Of a stretch of 42,526 nucleotides of DNA, positions 7,675 to 17,409 are shown one piece after another. Each line of letters opens with the position of its first letter. Position 1 is the stretch's first letter. A program made the translations under genes and the position numbers. Source of the stretch: a virus (Duplodnaviria; Caudoviricetes). The notes under the pieces are model-generated. The model did not search any database, was not told the origin of the DNA, and was given only the letters and a program-made list of their open reading frames with translations. Location of the stretch: positions 1-42,526 of the IMG/VR virus record IMGVR_UViG_3300037424_000599. One strand, 5' to 3'.

Positions 7675-7680
7675 TTTCTC

Positions 7681-7851
7681 ATGAACTCATTCATCCCCGG
7701 CTTCGGAATACCGATGCGCCTACTGGAAACCGACCGCCCTTGGCGCCACCCGTGGCTCTCGGTGGCGGTAGCCGAGCGGGAAATCGCGCAGCAGGACTAC
7801 GAGGCGGATACCGTTCAGGTGTTCATAGAGTCGGTCGAGGACGCAGCATGA
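7681..7851 (+). CDS. Hypothetical protein (possibly leaderless)
   Basis: ATG 7 nt after the -10 box; ATGA overlap with next gene. Confidence 0.5.
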   Translation: MNSFIPGFGIPMRLLETDRPWRHPWLSVAVAEREIAQQDYEADTVQVFIESVEDAA

Positions 7852-8360
7852 CCGATCTTATCCCCGCCGACCAGTCCCCCAGCGAGACGCGTCAAACCGC
7901 CCGGCTGGATGGCATCCCTGACCTGTACCGACAGAAGCACGAGCGACTGGCAATTGAACTCGCGCTTAATATGGATGATGCCGAAGCGATCTTCCGAGCA
8001 TATGATTACCCGCCGGAGCAGGCTGCGCTGCTGGTGGAGAGCCCTGCGTTTGTGTTGCTGCTCGAACGGGTAACGAAAGACCTCCGGGAAAACGGCGTCA
8101 CTTTCAAAGCCAAGATAAAAGCTCTCGCCGAGGAATGGTTGCCCTACGCGCATGACATCGTTACCGACCCGTTGGCGCCCACATCGGAACGTGGGAAGTT
8201 GATCCAGTGGGCGGCAAAGCTCGCCGGGCACGAACCGAAGGAGAAAGATGAAGCGAAAGGCGCAGGATCAGGGTTAACGCTCTCGATAACGTTCTCGGGG
8301 CAAGCGCCACAACAGGTAGTATCCTCGCACGACCCCATCACAATTGAACAGGAGAACTGA
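7848..8360 (+). CDS. Putative terminase small subunit
   Basis: Helical 170-aa protein near the start of the packaging module, C-terminal beta tail (LTLSITF); GAGG RBS. Confidence 0.55.
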   Translation: MTDLIPADQSPSETRQTARLDGIPDLYRQKHERLAIELALNMDDAEAIFRAYDYPPEQAALLVESPAFVLLLERVTKDLRENGVTFKAKIKALAEEWLPYAHDIVTDPLAPTSERGKLIQWAAKLAGHEPKEKDEAKGAGSGLTLSITFSGQAPQQVVSSHDPITIEQEN

Positions 8361-8361
8361 C

Positions 8362-8622
8362 ATGCACTATCGCAACGGAAGGGAAGCAAAGAACGGTGAC
8401 AAGGTCGTATCACTGGCTGGCTATGGCAGTGGCCCTGTCAACATCAATGGCATCGGTATCCTGTTCGATGCCGCACCAGGCAATGATTTTTGCAACGGCA
8501 GCATCGCGTCGATTATCGGCGGACCCGTCATTAGCGCGTGCATGTGCGACTGCTTGCACCTCGATGATGTGGCAGCGCTGATTGTGGCCGCTGGATTGCA
8601 CAAGAGACCAGAAGGAAAGTAG
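8362..8622 (+). CDS. Phage hypothetical protein (MHYRNGREAKNGD type)
   Basis: AGGAG RBS; Cys-rich C-terminus. Confidence 0.7.
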   Translation: MHYRNGREAKNGDKVVSLAGYGSGPVNINGIGILFDAAPGNDFCNGSIASIIGGPVISACMCDCLHLDDVAALIVAAGLHKRPEGK

Positions 8623-8657
8623 CCAACCAACCCTAACCCCGACCCAAGGAGAACCCC

Positions 8658-8975
8658 ATGATCCTACGCATCCTCGCAGCACTCGCCCTGTCCGTTCCGC
8701 TCTCGGCCGCGGCGGTCAAACTCTCCCCGCAGCAGTGCCAGTCCCTCGGCGAGTTCGCCCAGGGTGCCGCGGAGGTCCGTGACATCGGCGCCAACCGCGA
8801 TAAGCACATCGCCTACGTCATGAAGGCCAACGAAGGTCTGCCTGCCGAGATGGAAGCGCTGCTGCGTAAGACGATGGAGGCCGTGCATGCGTCCAAGCGC
8901 TCGCCCGCAGAGATCGGACAGGCGCTGTTCCTGCAGTGCATGGCCGCCGAGGGCCAGATCGGGGACATCATATGA
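8658..8975 (+). CDS. Secreted/periplasmic protein
   Basis: Signal peptide ending AAA; AAGGAG RBS; two Cys. Confidence 0.7.
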   Translation: MILRILAALALSVPLSAAAVKLSPQQCQSLGEFAQGAAEVRDIGANRDKHIAYVMKANEGLPAEMEALLRKTMEAVHASKRSPAEIGQALFLQCMAAEGQIGDII

Positions 8976-9190
8976 ACGAGCCGATTCAACTGCGCCGTGT
9001 AGGTGTGTTGTCCCCCTTCGACGAAGCCCGTGCCGAGATCGCCCGCTGGGAGAAGGAGTACCCGGACACGCTCTACTTCGCCATGGTCGTGAACACGCCG
9101 CGAGGGTTCGAGTACACGGTCACGGGTGAGAACACAGTGTCCGAGGCCGCTGGCATATTCTTCCGCGCGGCGCAGTTGGCGGCGGAATGA
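8972..9190 (+). CDS. Hypothetical protein
   Basis: ATGA overlap. Confidence 0.6.
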   Translation: MNEPIQLRRVGVLSPFDEARAEIARWEKEYPDTLYFAMVVNTPRGFEYTVTGENTVSEAAGIFFRAAQLAAE

Positions 9191-9318
9191 AGTCGTCCCT
9201 TATTCAAGGTCATTGGGTCGCTGCCGACAATCGCTGCTGGCCAGCCTTCAATAGTCCTCGCTGGTGGGAACGGCTGTACCGCTGGGTGATATTCAGTCAT
9301 AGATGGGTGCCGCTGTGA
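9187..9318 (+). CDS. 43-aa Trp-rich hypothetical peptide
   Basis: Translated by hand (MKSSLIQGHWV...RWVPL); 4-bp overlaps at both ends. Confidence 0.5.
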   Translation: MKSSLIQGHWVAADNRCWPAFNSPRWWERLYRWVIFSHRWVPL

Positions 9319-9551
9319 CTTCGGCCCGCATCCTGATCCACCCCCGCTGTACCTCTGGCCCGGCCAGCGCCGCGCTCGCCGCCCACCTGCAAGCGAACGG
9401 GTTCGACATCACGAAGGTCATCTGCGGTCCCGAGGTGCGGCGTGGCTTCTGCGACCTCGTGCGCGTGATCCGCGAGGAAGGCACTGAGTTCGAGTTCGAG
9501 AGAATGGACGGGTCGCGGTTCGAACACTCGACGGCGGCGGTGAGAGCGTGA
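9315..9551 (+). CDS. Hypothetical protein
   Basis: GTGA overlap. Confidence 0.5.
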   Translation: MTSARILIHPRCTSGPASAALAAHLQANGFDITKVICGPEVRRGFCDLVRVIREEGTEFEFERMDGSRFEHSTAAVRA

Positions 9552-9772
9552 GCATCAACGCAATCGAGGTTCTGGAAGCGCGATTCGCGAACAGGAACAA
9601 CGCGGCGTTCCGTGAGTATGTAGACGCACGGCCGTACTTACTCGAACCGGAGTACCACTCGCCCGAGTGGTGGGGCATGATGTGGGCCAAGCACGAAGCG
9701 TGGCGCGAGGCAGTGTACCCTGCTGCTACGCAGTGGGAAGTCACGCCGGCGACGGGGCGGGGGGTGGAGTAG
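9548..9772 (+). CDS. Hypothetical protein
   Basis: GTGA overlap; abuts terminase start. Confidence 0.55.
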   Translation: MSINAIEVLEARFANRNNAAFREYVDARPYLLEPEYHSPEWWGMMWAKHEAWREAVYPAATQWEVTPATGRGVE

Positions 9773-11235
9773 TGCTGAATATCAATCGCGAGTTCCCACC
9801 TGTTGTGTCTGCGTACATGCAGAGTAACGCGCGACATCGTTTTATCCTTGGTCCGTTCGGGTCAGGAAAGTCAGTAGGGTCGCAGACTGACATCCCGCGC
9901 CGTGCTGCGATGCAGGCACCGTCATCGATCGACGGCATGCGCAAGACTCGTTTTGCTGTGGTGCGCCAAACCCGCCCACAGCTTCGCTCGACCACCATGA
10001 AAACTTGGTTCGACCAGTTCCCGAACGGCTCGCTCGGTAACTATCACGGGCTCACGAACACATATCACATCAAGCAGAACGACATTTTGTGCGAGGTCGT
10101 TTTCCTCCCGCTTGATACGGAGGACGATGTAAAAAATCTTCTCTCGTACGAGTTAACGGGAGTCTACCTAAACGAGTTCCGCGACATCCCTCGCGCTATC
10201 GTAGAGGCGCTCGATGGCCGGATTGGTCGGTACCCGCGAATGGAGGAGGGCGGCCCCACATGGGTCGGAATATGGGGTGACAGTAACATGCCTGAAATCG
10301 GGTCATACTGGCACAGTATGCTGACGAGACGAAACCCAGATGACCCCGCGGAGCCAAAAAACAACAAGTGGGAAGTGTTTATCCAACCGCCGGCAATGCT
10401 GCGGTTGCCCGGCAATGAGTATGCAGTTAATCCTGCTGCGGAAAATCTGAAATGGTTGCCGCCGGAGTACTACCCGAATCTTATCGAGAATAAAACGACG
10501 GATTATATTCGCACGTATGTTATGTGCGAGTATGGCAGGTCAAAGGGGGGCAAACCTGTGCACCCGTTGTTCGATATTGGGTCGCATGTTGCGAAGGCCC
10601 CGCTGGTACCGGACAAAAATAATCTGTTACTCGTGTCTGCGGATTTTGGATTAACACCCGCGATCTGTTTGATGCAACAGAACGCGTTCGGTCAAGTTCT
10701 TGTGTTTGATGCCATCGCCACGTTTGGCATGGGGTTAGAGCGGGCTATCGAGGAGAAACTGCTTCCTTTGCTGCGTCGCAAGTACGACGGATTTGATGTG
10801 TTCGTAACGGGTGACCCGAGCGGGAGTACTGGAAGCCAGTCAGATGAAACATCATGCGCGGATGTGTTCCGACGGTATGCGAAAAAAGGGCTCGGGAAAA
10901 TAAAATTCGCATGGTCCAACGCACCAGTACACCGGCAGGGGGCGCTCGACTATTTTCTGTCGCGTAACGGAGATTATGGGCGTAGGATGTTTCAGGTTGA
11001 CCCCGGCGCCGAGGCGCTGATAGCCGCATTGTCCGGCGGGTATATGTTCAAACTTTTCAAAGACGGCCGGCCGACCGTTGAGGTTGATAAGACCAACGAG
11101 CATTCGCATATTGGCGAGGCTTGCGAATACGGGTGCATGTATTTCGAACGAGGCGGCCGCCGCAAAGCCGAACTGAAAGAACGCGGTACAATCGAGGTCC
11201 AACCCGCGACGAACATCTATAACATGCCGAGATAA
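9772..11235 (+). CDS. terL: Terminase large subunit
   Basis: Walker A GPFGSGKS, Walker B-like VYLNE, nuclease ADFGLTPA, C-terminal HSHIGEA. Confidence 0.93.
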   Translation: MLNINREFPPVVSAYMQSNARHRFILGPFGSGKSVGSQTDIPRRAAMQAPSSIDGMRKTRFAVVRQTRPQLRSTTMKTWFDQFPNGSLGNYHGLTNTYHIKQNDILCEVVFLPLDTEDDVKNLLSYELTGVYLNEFRDIPRAIVEALDGRIGRYPRMEEGGPTWVGIWGDSNMPEIGSYWHSMLTRRNPDDPAEPKNNKWEVFIQPPAMLRLPGNEYAVNPAAENLKWLPPEYYPNLIENKTTDYIRTYVMCEYGRSKGGKPVHPLFDIGSHVAKAPLVPDKNNLLLVSADFGLTPAICLMQQNAFGQVLVFDAIATFGMGLERAIEEKLLPLLRRKYDGFDVFVTGDPSGSTGSQSDETSCADVFRRYAKKGLGKIKFAWSNAPVHRQGALDYFLSRNGDYGRRMFQVDPGAEALIAALSGGYMFKLFKDGRPTVEVDKTNEHSHIGEACEYGCMYFERGGRRKAELKERGTIEVQPATNIYNMPR

Positions 11236-11244
11236 GGAACCATC

Positions 11245-13332
11245 ATGGACATCACCCAACCGCCTACCCTCGACGAACCCCGACTGAACGAACTCGGACG
11301 ACGCCTGTTTAGCGTGTGGCCCACTTACGTCACGGATCGCAAGGCCGTCGAGGAACGATGGCTGAAGAACCTTCGGCAAGTCCGGGGCATATACGACCCG
11401 GAGATCCTGTCGAAGATCCCGAGCGACAAATCGAAGGCATACCCGAAGATGACCGCCTGGATGGTGCGCGGCACGATCGCGCGGCTGATGCAACTTCTTT
11501 TTCCGATGACGGAGCGCAATTATGGCGTGAAAGAATCCCCGCTGCCCGACCTCTCGACCGAAGACCTGCAAAAAGTCCTCGACGACCTCGTCGCTGCGAA
11601 GGGCGGCGACCCGGCGCAGGTGCAACTTGAAGACCGCGAGATCGAGAAGGCAATCCTCATGTTCGCGAAGGGCAAGGCCGAGCGCATGGAAGTCAAGGTG
11701 GCTGATGACCTCGCCGAAATGGAGTTTATTACTCTCGCGCGCAAGGTCGTGCGCTCTGCGGTGATTTACAACGTAGGCATCCTGAAAGGTCCGCTGCACC
11801 GCACCGTGAAGTCCCGCACGTGGGAGAAGGACCAGTTCACTGGCCGGTACACTGCGGTCGAGGCTGACAAGTACAAACCGATGTTCGAGTTCGAGCCCGT
11901 GTGGGAACACTACCCCGACATGACCGCCGTGTCGCTCGACAAGCAGGATGGATCGTTCGACCGGTACATCATGACTCGTGCCGAGGTCACGGCGCTCGCC
12001 GATCGGACTGACTTCATCAGTGCCCGCGTCGATGAGTACCTGCGCAAGAACGATCATGGCAACTACCAGGCGCAGTGGTGGGAGACCCAGATCAAGGGCG
12101 AGCCCAAGAGCGCGCAAACGTCGGTGTATGGCAAGGAGAGCCGCAAGTTCGAAGTGCTCTCGTACTGGGGGGACGTGACTGGGCACGAGCTTCGCGCCGC
12201 GGGGGTGACGATCTCTGATGCTGACTTGGGCAAGATGTTCCACGGCAACGTGTGGATGATCGACCAGACGGTGATTAAGTGCAAGCTCGCCCCTTTCGGG
12301 TCGCAGATCAAGCACCACCATTACTTCGTGTTCGAGGACGATGACCTGTCCATCCTCGGCAACGGCCAGTGCGACGTGTTGCGCGACACGCAGTTGTCGT
12401 TGTGCGAGACCGTGCGCGCGGCGCTGGATAACGCGTCGGTGATCGGCCCGATGGTTGTTCTCAACCGCGAGAAAACTGTACCGGGGCAGAATTTGACCAT
12501 TCGCAAACATATGACGATCGAGGCAGAGGATATGCGCCCCGGCGAACCGTTGTCTTCGGTTGTGGCAAATTTGAGTATTGACAGCCACCTGCCCGACCTG
12601 TTGCAGCTTGTGCAGTTGTTCCTCGGGTTCGGCGATAAAGAGTCCGGGTTGCCGCCCGCGTCGCTGGGCGACACCTCGGGGGGCGGGAGCGAAGCACTGC
12701 GCACGTCCAAGAACGCCTCAATGTTCCTCGGCGCTGCTGCGCTACCGATTCGCGACACGGTGCGTAACTTCGACACGTTCACCATCTCCATGATCTCCGC
12801 GCTCGTCGCGTGGAACCGCAAGTATGATCCGAACCCCACCCGCGACGGTGACCATGACGTGATAGCAAGAGGTTCGACCAGCCTGATCGCGAAGGAGGTA
12901 CGCTCGCAGGCGCTGAACGAGTTCCGCGCGACGCTGCAGCCCGGTGACCTGCCGTACATCAAGATGGGCACGCTGCTCAAGGAAGCGGCGAAGGCGAACG
13001 ACATCCCGGTGGACGAACTGTTCGAGGACGACGACGTTGCTGCCAAGAACGTAGCCGCGCAGCAGCAGGCGCAGCAAGCGCAGGTGCAGGGCGAGATGGA
13101 GCTTGTAGCTGCGCAGGTCAAACGCGAACTTGCGACGGCGCTCGAACGCGAAGCGAAGGCGGCAAGCGAAGGTACCAAGGTTGGCGCTGAGGTGTTCCAG
13201 GTCATCATCGACGCGCTGACCAAGGGGCAGAAGGCGGATAACGAGCAGTCCAAGACGCTGGTCGCCGCGCATGCCGCCGACACCGCCCGCATGCAGGCAG
13301 AGAAACCAGCACCAACAGGAGGTAGCAAATGA
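11245..13332 (+). CDS. Portal protein (P22-like, long C-terminal helical barrel)
   Basis: Follows terL; 695 aa; Q/A-rich C-terminus. Confidence 0.88.
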   Translation: MDITQPPTLDEPRLNELGRRLFSVWPTYVTDRKAVEERWLKNLRQVRGIYDPEILSKIPSDKSKAYPKMTAWMVRGTIARLMQLLFPMTERNYGVKESPLPDLSTEDLQKVLDDLVAAKGGDPAQVQLEDREIEKAILMFAKGKAERMEVKVADDLAEMEFITLARKVVRSAVIYNVGILKGPLHRTVKSRTWEKDQFTGRYTAVEADKYKPMFEFEPVWEHYPDMTAVSLDKQDGSFDRYIMTRAEVTALADRTDFISARVDEYLRKNDHGNYQAQWWETQIKGEPKSAQTSVYGKESRKFEVLSYWGDVTGHELRAAGVTISDADLGKMFHGNVWMIDQTVIKCKLAPFGSQIKHHHYFVFEDDDLSILGNGQCDVLRDTQLSLCETVRAALDNASVIGPMVVLNREKTVPGQNLTIRKHMTIEAEDMRPGEPLSSVVANLSIDSHLPDLLQLVQLFLGFGDKESGLPPASLGDTSGGGSEALRTSKNASMFLGAAALPIRDTVRNFDTFTISMISALVAWNRKYDPNPTRDGDHDVIARGSTSLIAKEVRSQALNEFRATLQPGDLPYIKMGTLLKEAAKANDIPVDELFEDDDVAAKNVAAQQQAQQAQVQGEMELVAAQVKRELATALEREAKAASEGTKVGAEVFQVIIDALTKGQKADNEQSKTLVAAHAADTARMQAEKPAPTGGSK

Positions 13333-13580
13333 GCATAGCCAAAGAGGAGCAGTACAATCAAGAGCAGACGGCGTATCTGAACAGGAGTGAAGCGGGGGTG
13401 CAAGCCCTGCGTTCCCTGTTGTACCTTCGTCGCGACCAGATCAACCGCACGTGGCCAGAGCAGGTGGGCGACACGCTCATCCAGCACCAAGGCCGCGCGC
13501 TGGAGGTCGCGTGGCTCATAAGACTAATCGACGAAGGCCCGAGGCACAAACAACCCGTAGGAGAACCACATGGCAACTGA
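13329..13580 (+). CDS. Small head-module protein (Bbp19-like position)
   Basis: QGRA motif between portal and scaffold. Confidence 0.65.
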   Translation: MSIAKEEQYNQEQTAYLNRSEAGVQALRSLLYLRRDQINRTWPEQVGDTLIQHQGRALEVAWLIRLIDEGPRHKQPVGEPHGN

Positions 13581-14427
13581 AACCCCAGTCGTAGACGACT
13601 TTGACACCGCGTTCGGCGAGATCGTCGCTGAAATGGAAACCGTGCCGCCCGCTACTCCGGCGCCCGATCCCGATCCTGCCCCGGCACCTGATCCGGCACC
13701 CGCGCCCGATCCTGCCCCGGCACCTGATCCGGCACCCGCGCCCGATCCTGCCCCGGCACCCGCGCCTGATCCTGCTCCAGCACCTGTGTCCGCCCCGGAG
13801 CCGAAGAAAGAACCGCCCCCGGAAACTCCCGAAGCCAAGACCGCGAGAGAAGCGTTCGAAGCGAGTATCGCTCCGTATGAGTTCAACGAAGCGGAGAAGA
13901 CGGCGATTGAGAAGTCGCGCAAGGACTTTCCCGATGAGTGGGTTGGTATCGACGCGCACCTGAAAAAGACCGAGCACGAGTTTAACGGGCGAGTATTCAA
14001 AGCGGTGCAAGACGTACTGAAGCAGGTCGCGCCTCGCCTGGCTACGGTGGAGCAAAGCACGGAAGAAGCGATGCTCCGACAGCACGCAGCCGCGCTCCAC
14101 ACCGCGCACGCGGACTACGACGAGGTGATCGCCAAAGTCCCCGCGTGGATCAAGACCCTGCCGGGTTACGCGCAGGTCGGTGCGCAGGCGGTGTACGACT
14201 CGGGTACTACACAAGAAGTGATCGCGCTGGTAACTGACTTCAAGAAGGCAACGGCAACCGCCCCGGCTGCGCCCGCTGCACCAGCGGCCCCGGCGAAACC
14301 CAAGCCGGATGGGGCCGACCTGGCCCCGGTCAACTCGCGCCGGGTCGCTGTGTTGCCGAAGGGTACTGCCGATCCCAACGACTTTGACGGTTCCTTCGCC
14401 GAGGCTGTCGCGGAGATGGGTGGGTAG
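13570..14427 (+). CDS. Capsid scaffolding protein
   Basis: Acidic, Pro/Ala-rich N-terminus; DF motifs at both termini; position. Confidence 0.75.
   Translation: MATETPVVDDFDTAFGEIVAEMETVPPATPAPDPDPAPAPDPAPAPDPAPAPDPAPAPDPAPAPAPDPAPAPVSAPEPKKEPPPETPEAKTAREAFEASIAPYEFNEAEKTAIEKSRKDFPDEWVGIDAHLKKTEHEFNGRVFKAVQDVLKQVAPRLATVEQSTEEAMLRQHAAALHTAHADYDEVIAKVPAWIKTLPGYAQVGAQAVYDSGTTQEVIALVTDFKKATATAPAAPAAPAAPAKPKPDGADLAPVNSRRVAVLPKGTADPNDFDGSFAEAVAEMGG
13660..13783 (+). repeat. Coding tandem repeat (PAPDPA, 18-bp units)
   Basis: Visible in DNA and protein. Confidence 0.85.
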
Positions 14428-14429
14428 AA

Positions 14430-14458
14430 TTGCAGACTAATCAGAAGTATGGCATACT
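14430..14458 (+). promoter_or_regulatory. Sigma-70-like promoter
   Basis: TTGCAG-17 bp-CATACT with TG extension. Confidence 0.5.
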
Positions 14459-14517
14459 AATTCTATGGAGTATCCATACGTTGATGCACAACTGAACCTT
14501 TCTGAAGGGGTATTGTC

Positions 14518-15696
14518 ATGAGCATTTTGTCCAAACTCGCCGTTGCTGCATCAATCGCTGATTTCTCTGTCAAGAAGTTTTTCTTCGACCTGATCGGGTT
14601 CGCCACCATCGCTGCGGCGGGGTCGGATGAAACCGACGCGACCGCGCTGACCGCTGGCACGAACTTCGTCACCGGCGCCGACGGCGCAGTGGGCGTCATT
14701 CTCCCGGTGGCCGAAGAAGGTATGCGGGTTGAAGTCATCAATACCGTTTCCAACCAAGACCTTCTGGTCTATCCGAACACCGGCGCACAGATCAACGCGC
14801 TGACCGCCACGACTGGGGCGTTCACTCAAGTTGCCGGATCACGTGCGCTCTATGCGTGTAACACAGCCTTTCACTGGTACGTCGCCGCTGCGAACCTTAC
14901 CGGCACGGCCACGACCGCCAGCACGGCGGAACTCAACGTACTGGACGCTGCAACTTCTGCCAACGACACGACCGGCAAGGCCGCGATCCTTGGCACGGAC
15001 GGAGCCATCACCTTCGGCGGTACAGTTACCGCGGTTGGCAGCTTCATTATCGGTTCCGCTGATCTGAACGAAGCCGATATGGAGAAACTGGATGGCATCA
15101 CCAACGGCACGCAGGCCGCGGATAAGGCTGTGGTTGCCAACTCGGATGTGAACATCGGGGTAGTGAAGGCCACGGAGTTGCATGTCGGCGCGAGCGGGTC
15201 GGAGGTACAAGTTACTGCGACCCCTGCTGAGATCAACGCTGTTGCCGATGTGTCCGCACGTGTGGTGTCCGCAGCGGCGGGAACGCTTGCTGTGACCGCA
15301 GCGGCGCACGGCGGGCGCATCATCGCGTTCGACCAGACTGGCGGCACGGCCGCAACGCTGCCTGCCGCGACAGGCACGGGCAACGTGTATCACTTCGTTG
15401 TCAAGGTCAAGAATACGTCCTCGGCGAACACGATCGTTCTGGCTGACGCCTCCGACCTGTTCCAAGGGCAAGTGATCAACACTGACGCCGATGCCACTAC
15501 GCCGGTCTCTTACACAGCGAACGCCGCTGGCGACATCGACACGATCTCGCTCAACGGTACGACTACCGGCGGGCAGATTGGTGACTGGATCGAAGTGGTT
15601 GACATCGCATCGAACGTGTACGCCGTCCGTGGCTTCGTGGTCTGCCCGGCGGGTTCGAACGTAGCGACACCGCTGTTGACTGGTCAGGTTTCGTAA
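14518..15696 (+). CDS. Head decoration/head fibre protein
   Basis: Two related beta domains (VILPVAEEG, ATLPAATGTG) joined by TAxxAE(L/I)N fibre-type repeats. Confidence 0.65.
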   Translation: MSILSKLAVAASIADFSVKKFFFDLIGFATIAAAGSDETDATALTAGTNFVTGADGAVGVILPVAEEGMRVEVINTVSNQDLLVYPNTGAQINALTATTGAFTQVAGSRALYACNTAFHWYVAAANLTGTATTASTAELNVLDAATSANDTTGKAAILGTDGAITFGGTVTAVGSFIIGSADLNEADMEKLDGITNGTQAADKAVVANSDVNIGVVKATELHVGASGSEVQVTATPAEINAVADVSARVVSAAAGTLAVTAAAHGGRIIAFDQTGGTAATLPAATGTGNVYHFVVKVKNTSSANTIVLADASDLFQGQVINTDADATTPVSYTANAAGDIDTISLNGTTTGGQIGDWIEVVDIASNVYAVRGFVVCPAGSNVATPLLTGQVS

Positions 15697-15822
15697 TAAA
15701 GGGGCGGGGTTGAAACGCCCCGTCTTGTAGCACAAGTGCTTTGCTCGCCCCCACAGTTGGGGCGGCTACGGCAGGAACGAATGAAGTACGTAGTCTTTTA
15801 ACTAAGAGCAAAGGAGCCTATC

Positions 15823-16821
15823 ATGGCAGACCCACAAGTTTATGGTGACATTACACCGAGGACCGCTGCGAAAGCGATGGCCCCCCTTCTGAAACGCCAC
15901 GACGCAGTAATGCTTCTGGAGCGGTTCGGACAAACCTTCCCGCTTCCCACCAAGTCGACCAAAGTCGCGAAGTTCCGCCGGTATGAGGCACTGTCGCTGG
16001 CGCTGACCGCGCTGGTCGAAGGTGTGACCCCGTCCGGCACCAAGCCGACCATCACCGACTACACGGCGACGCTGTCCGAGTACGGCGATTTCATCCCCTA
16101 CAGCGGGTTCATGCTGGACACCCACGAAGATCCGATCCTTCAGGAGTACGGTTCGCTGTGTGTGCAGCAGGCCGCAGAGACGATCGAGACCCTGCGCTGG
16201 AACGTGATCAAGGCCGGCACGCAGGTCGGTTACACCAACGGTGGTATCACCACGGTCAACACGCCGATCGGACTGAACGCCCAGCGCACGGCAACCGCCG
16301 CGATGCTGCGTCAACGTGCGAAGATGATCACGGAAGTCGTGTCGTCCAGCGCGGCGTTCCGCACCGAACCGGTCAGCCCCGGCTTCGTCGCGCTCATGCA
16401 CACCGATGTCTCGAACGACGTTCGCAACATGCAGGGGTTCATCGAGGCCAAGCAGTATCAAGGTCAGACCAAACTGTACCCCGGCGAGATCGGCGCGGTG
16501 GAAGACGTGCGCTACTGCCGCAGCGTCCTGTACACCCCGTTCGCGGGTTCCAACGGCGTGTACGGCGGCGCCTCGACCACGATGCGCAACACCGGCGGAT
16601 ACGCGGATGTGTACTCGGTTCTGTACATCTCGGCCGACGCCTACGGTATCGTGCCGCTGAAAGGCTCGAACGCCATGTCGCTGATCGCCCACAACCCGGG
16701 TTCGTCCGGCACCGCTGACCCGATTAACCAACGCGGCACGCTCGGCTGGAAGTGCGCGCAAACGTCGGTCATACTCAACGATAACTGGCTGTACCGCCTG
16801 CACTGTGCGGTCACGCTGTAA
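15823..16821 (+). CDS. Major capsid protein, N4-gp56 family
   Basis: YGDITPRTA, KFRRY, EGVTP, GEIG, DPINQRGTLGWK motifs. Confidence 0.92.
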   Translation: MADPQVYGDITPRTAAKAMAPLLKRHDAVMLLERFGQTFPLPTKSTKVAKFRRYEALSLALTALVEGVTPSGTKPTITDYTATLSEYGDFIPYSGFMLDTHEDPILQEYGSLCVQQAAETIETLRWNVIKAGTQVGYTNGGITTVNTPIGLNAQRTATAAMLRQRAKMITEVVSSSAAFRTEPVSPGFVALMHTDVSNDVRNMQGFIEAKQYQGQTKLYPGEIGAVEDVRYCRSVLYTPFAGSNGVYGGASTTMRNTGGYADVYSVLYISADAYGIVPLKGSNAMSLIAHNPGSSGTADPINQRGTLGWKCAQTSVILNDNWLYRLHCAVTL

Positions 16822-16832
16822 TAACCCGAACC

Positions 16833-16854
16833 GCGGGGGGCTTCGGCCCCTCGC
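16833..16854 (+). terminator. UUCG-loop hairpin after capsid gene (no U-tract; stabiliser or attenuator)
   Basis: GCGGGGGGC-TTCG-GCCCCTCGC. Confidence 0.5.
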
Positions 16855-16881
16855 ACTGAACCCAATCAAGGAGCAACAGAC

Positions 16882-17301
16882 ATGACCATTACTTCCAGCA
16901 ACCACAACCCCACCGACGTTGCGCGGTTCGCCTCGGGCAGTTTCAAGGACACCGGCACTGTCAAGAAATCCATCCTGAACCTCGGGTGGAAACCGCGGTA
17001 CTTCAAGATCTGGGATGTTTCCAGCACGGAACTCGTGTACGAAGTTACCGACGGCATGGCCGACGCTTACGGCTTCAAGACCGCTGCCGGCGACCAGACC
17101 CTCGAAGCATCGGCGATGCCCTCGCTGATCTCGGCATACGACTCAGGCACGGTGGATACGTGGACCGTGTACGAGACGCAGAACGGGACCGATACCGACA
17201 ACTCGCGCCTCAACAGCGCGAACGAACTGTTCAGCGGTGTCAGCATCCCGGCCGCGTTGATTGCGACTTCCGTGCAAGCGCACTGGATCGCGATCGGGTA
17301 G
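16882..17301 (+). CDS. Putative minor capsid/cement protein
   Basis: LGWKPRYFKI motif; directly after capsid gene. Confidence 0.6.
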   Translation: MTITSSNHNPTDVARFASGSFKDTGTVKKSILNLGWKPRYFKIWDVSSTELVYEVTDGMADAYGFKTAAGDQTLEASAMPSLISAYDSGTVDTWTVYETQNGTDTDNSRLNSANELFSGVSIPAALIATSVQAHWIAIG

Positions 17302-17409
17302 AACCGTAGTCGCAACGAACGACGGCTAAAGCGCGAATCTGCCCTTTAGTCGTCGTAGATGTCGAATCGCAAGTACTATCTCCAATAACGCACCTAACAG
17401 GAGCACAGC

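Noticed and set aside
10852-13490. Long minus-strand ORFs (578 aa, 389 aa) and similar ones at 14839, 15802, 27819
   Set aside because: Antisense shadows of high-GC3 structural genes; no RBS or recognisable motifs
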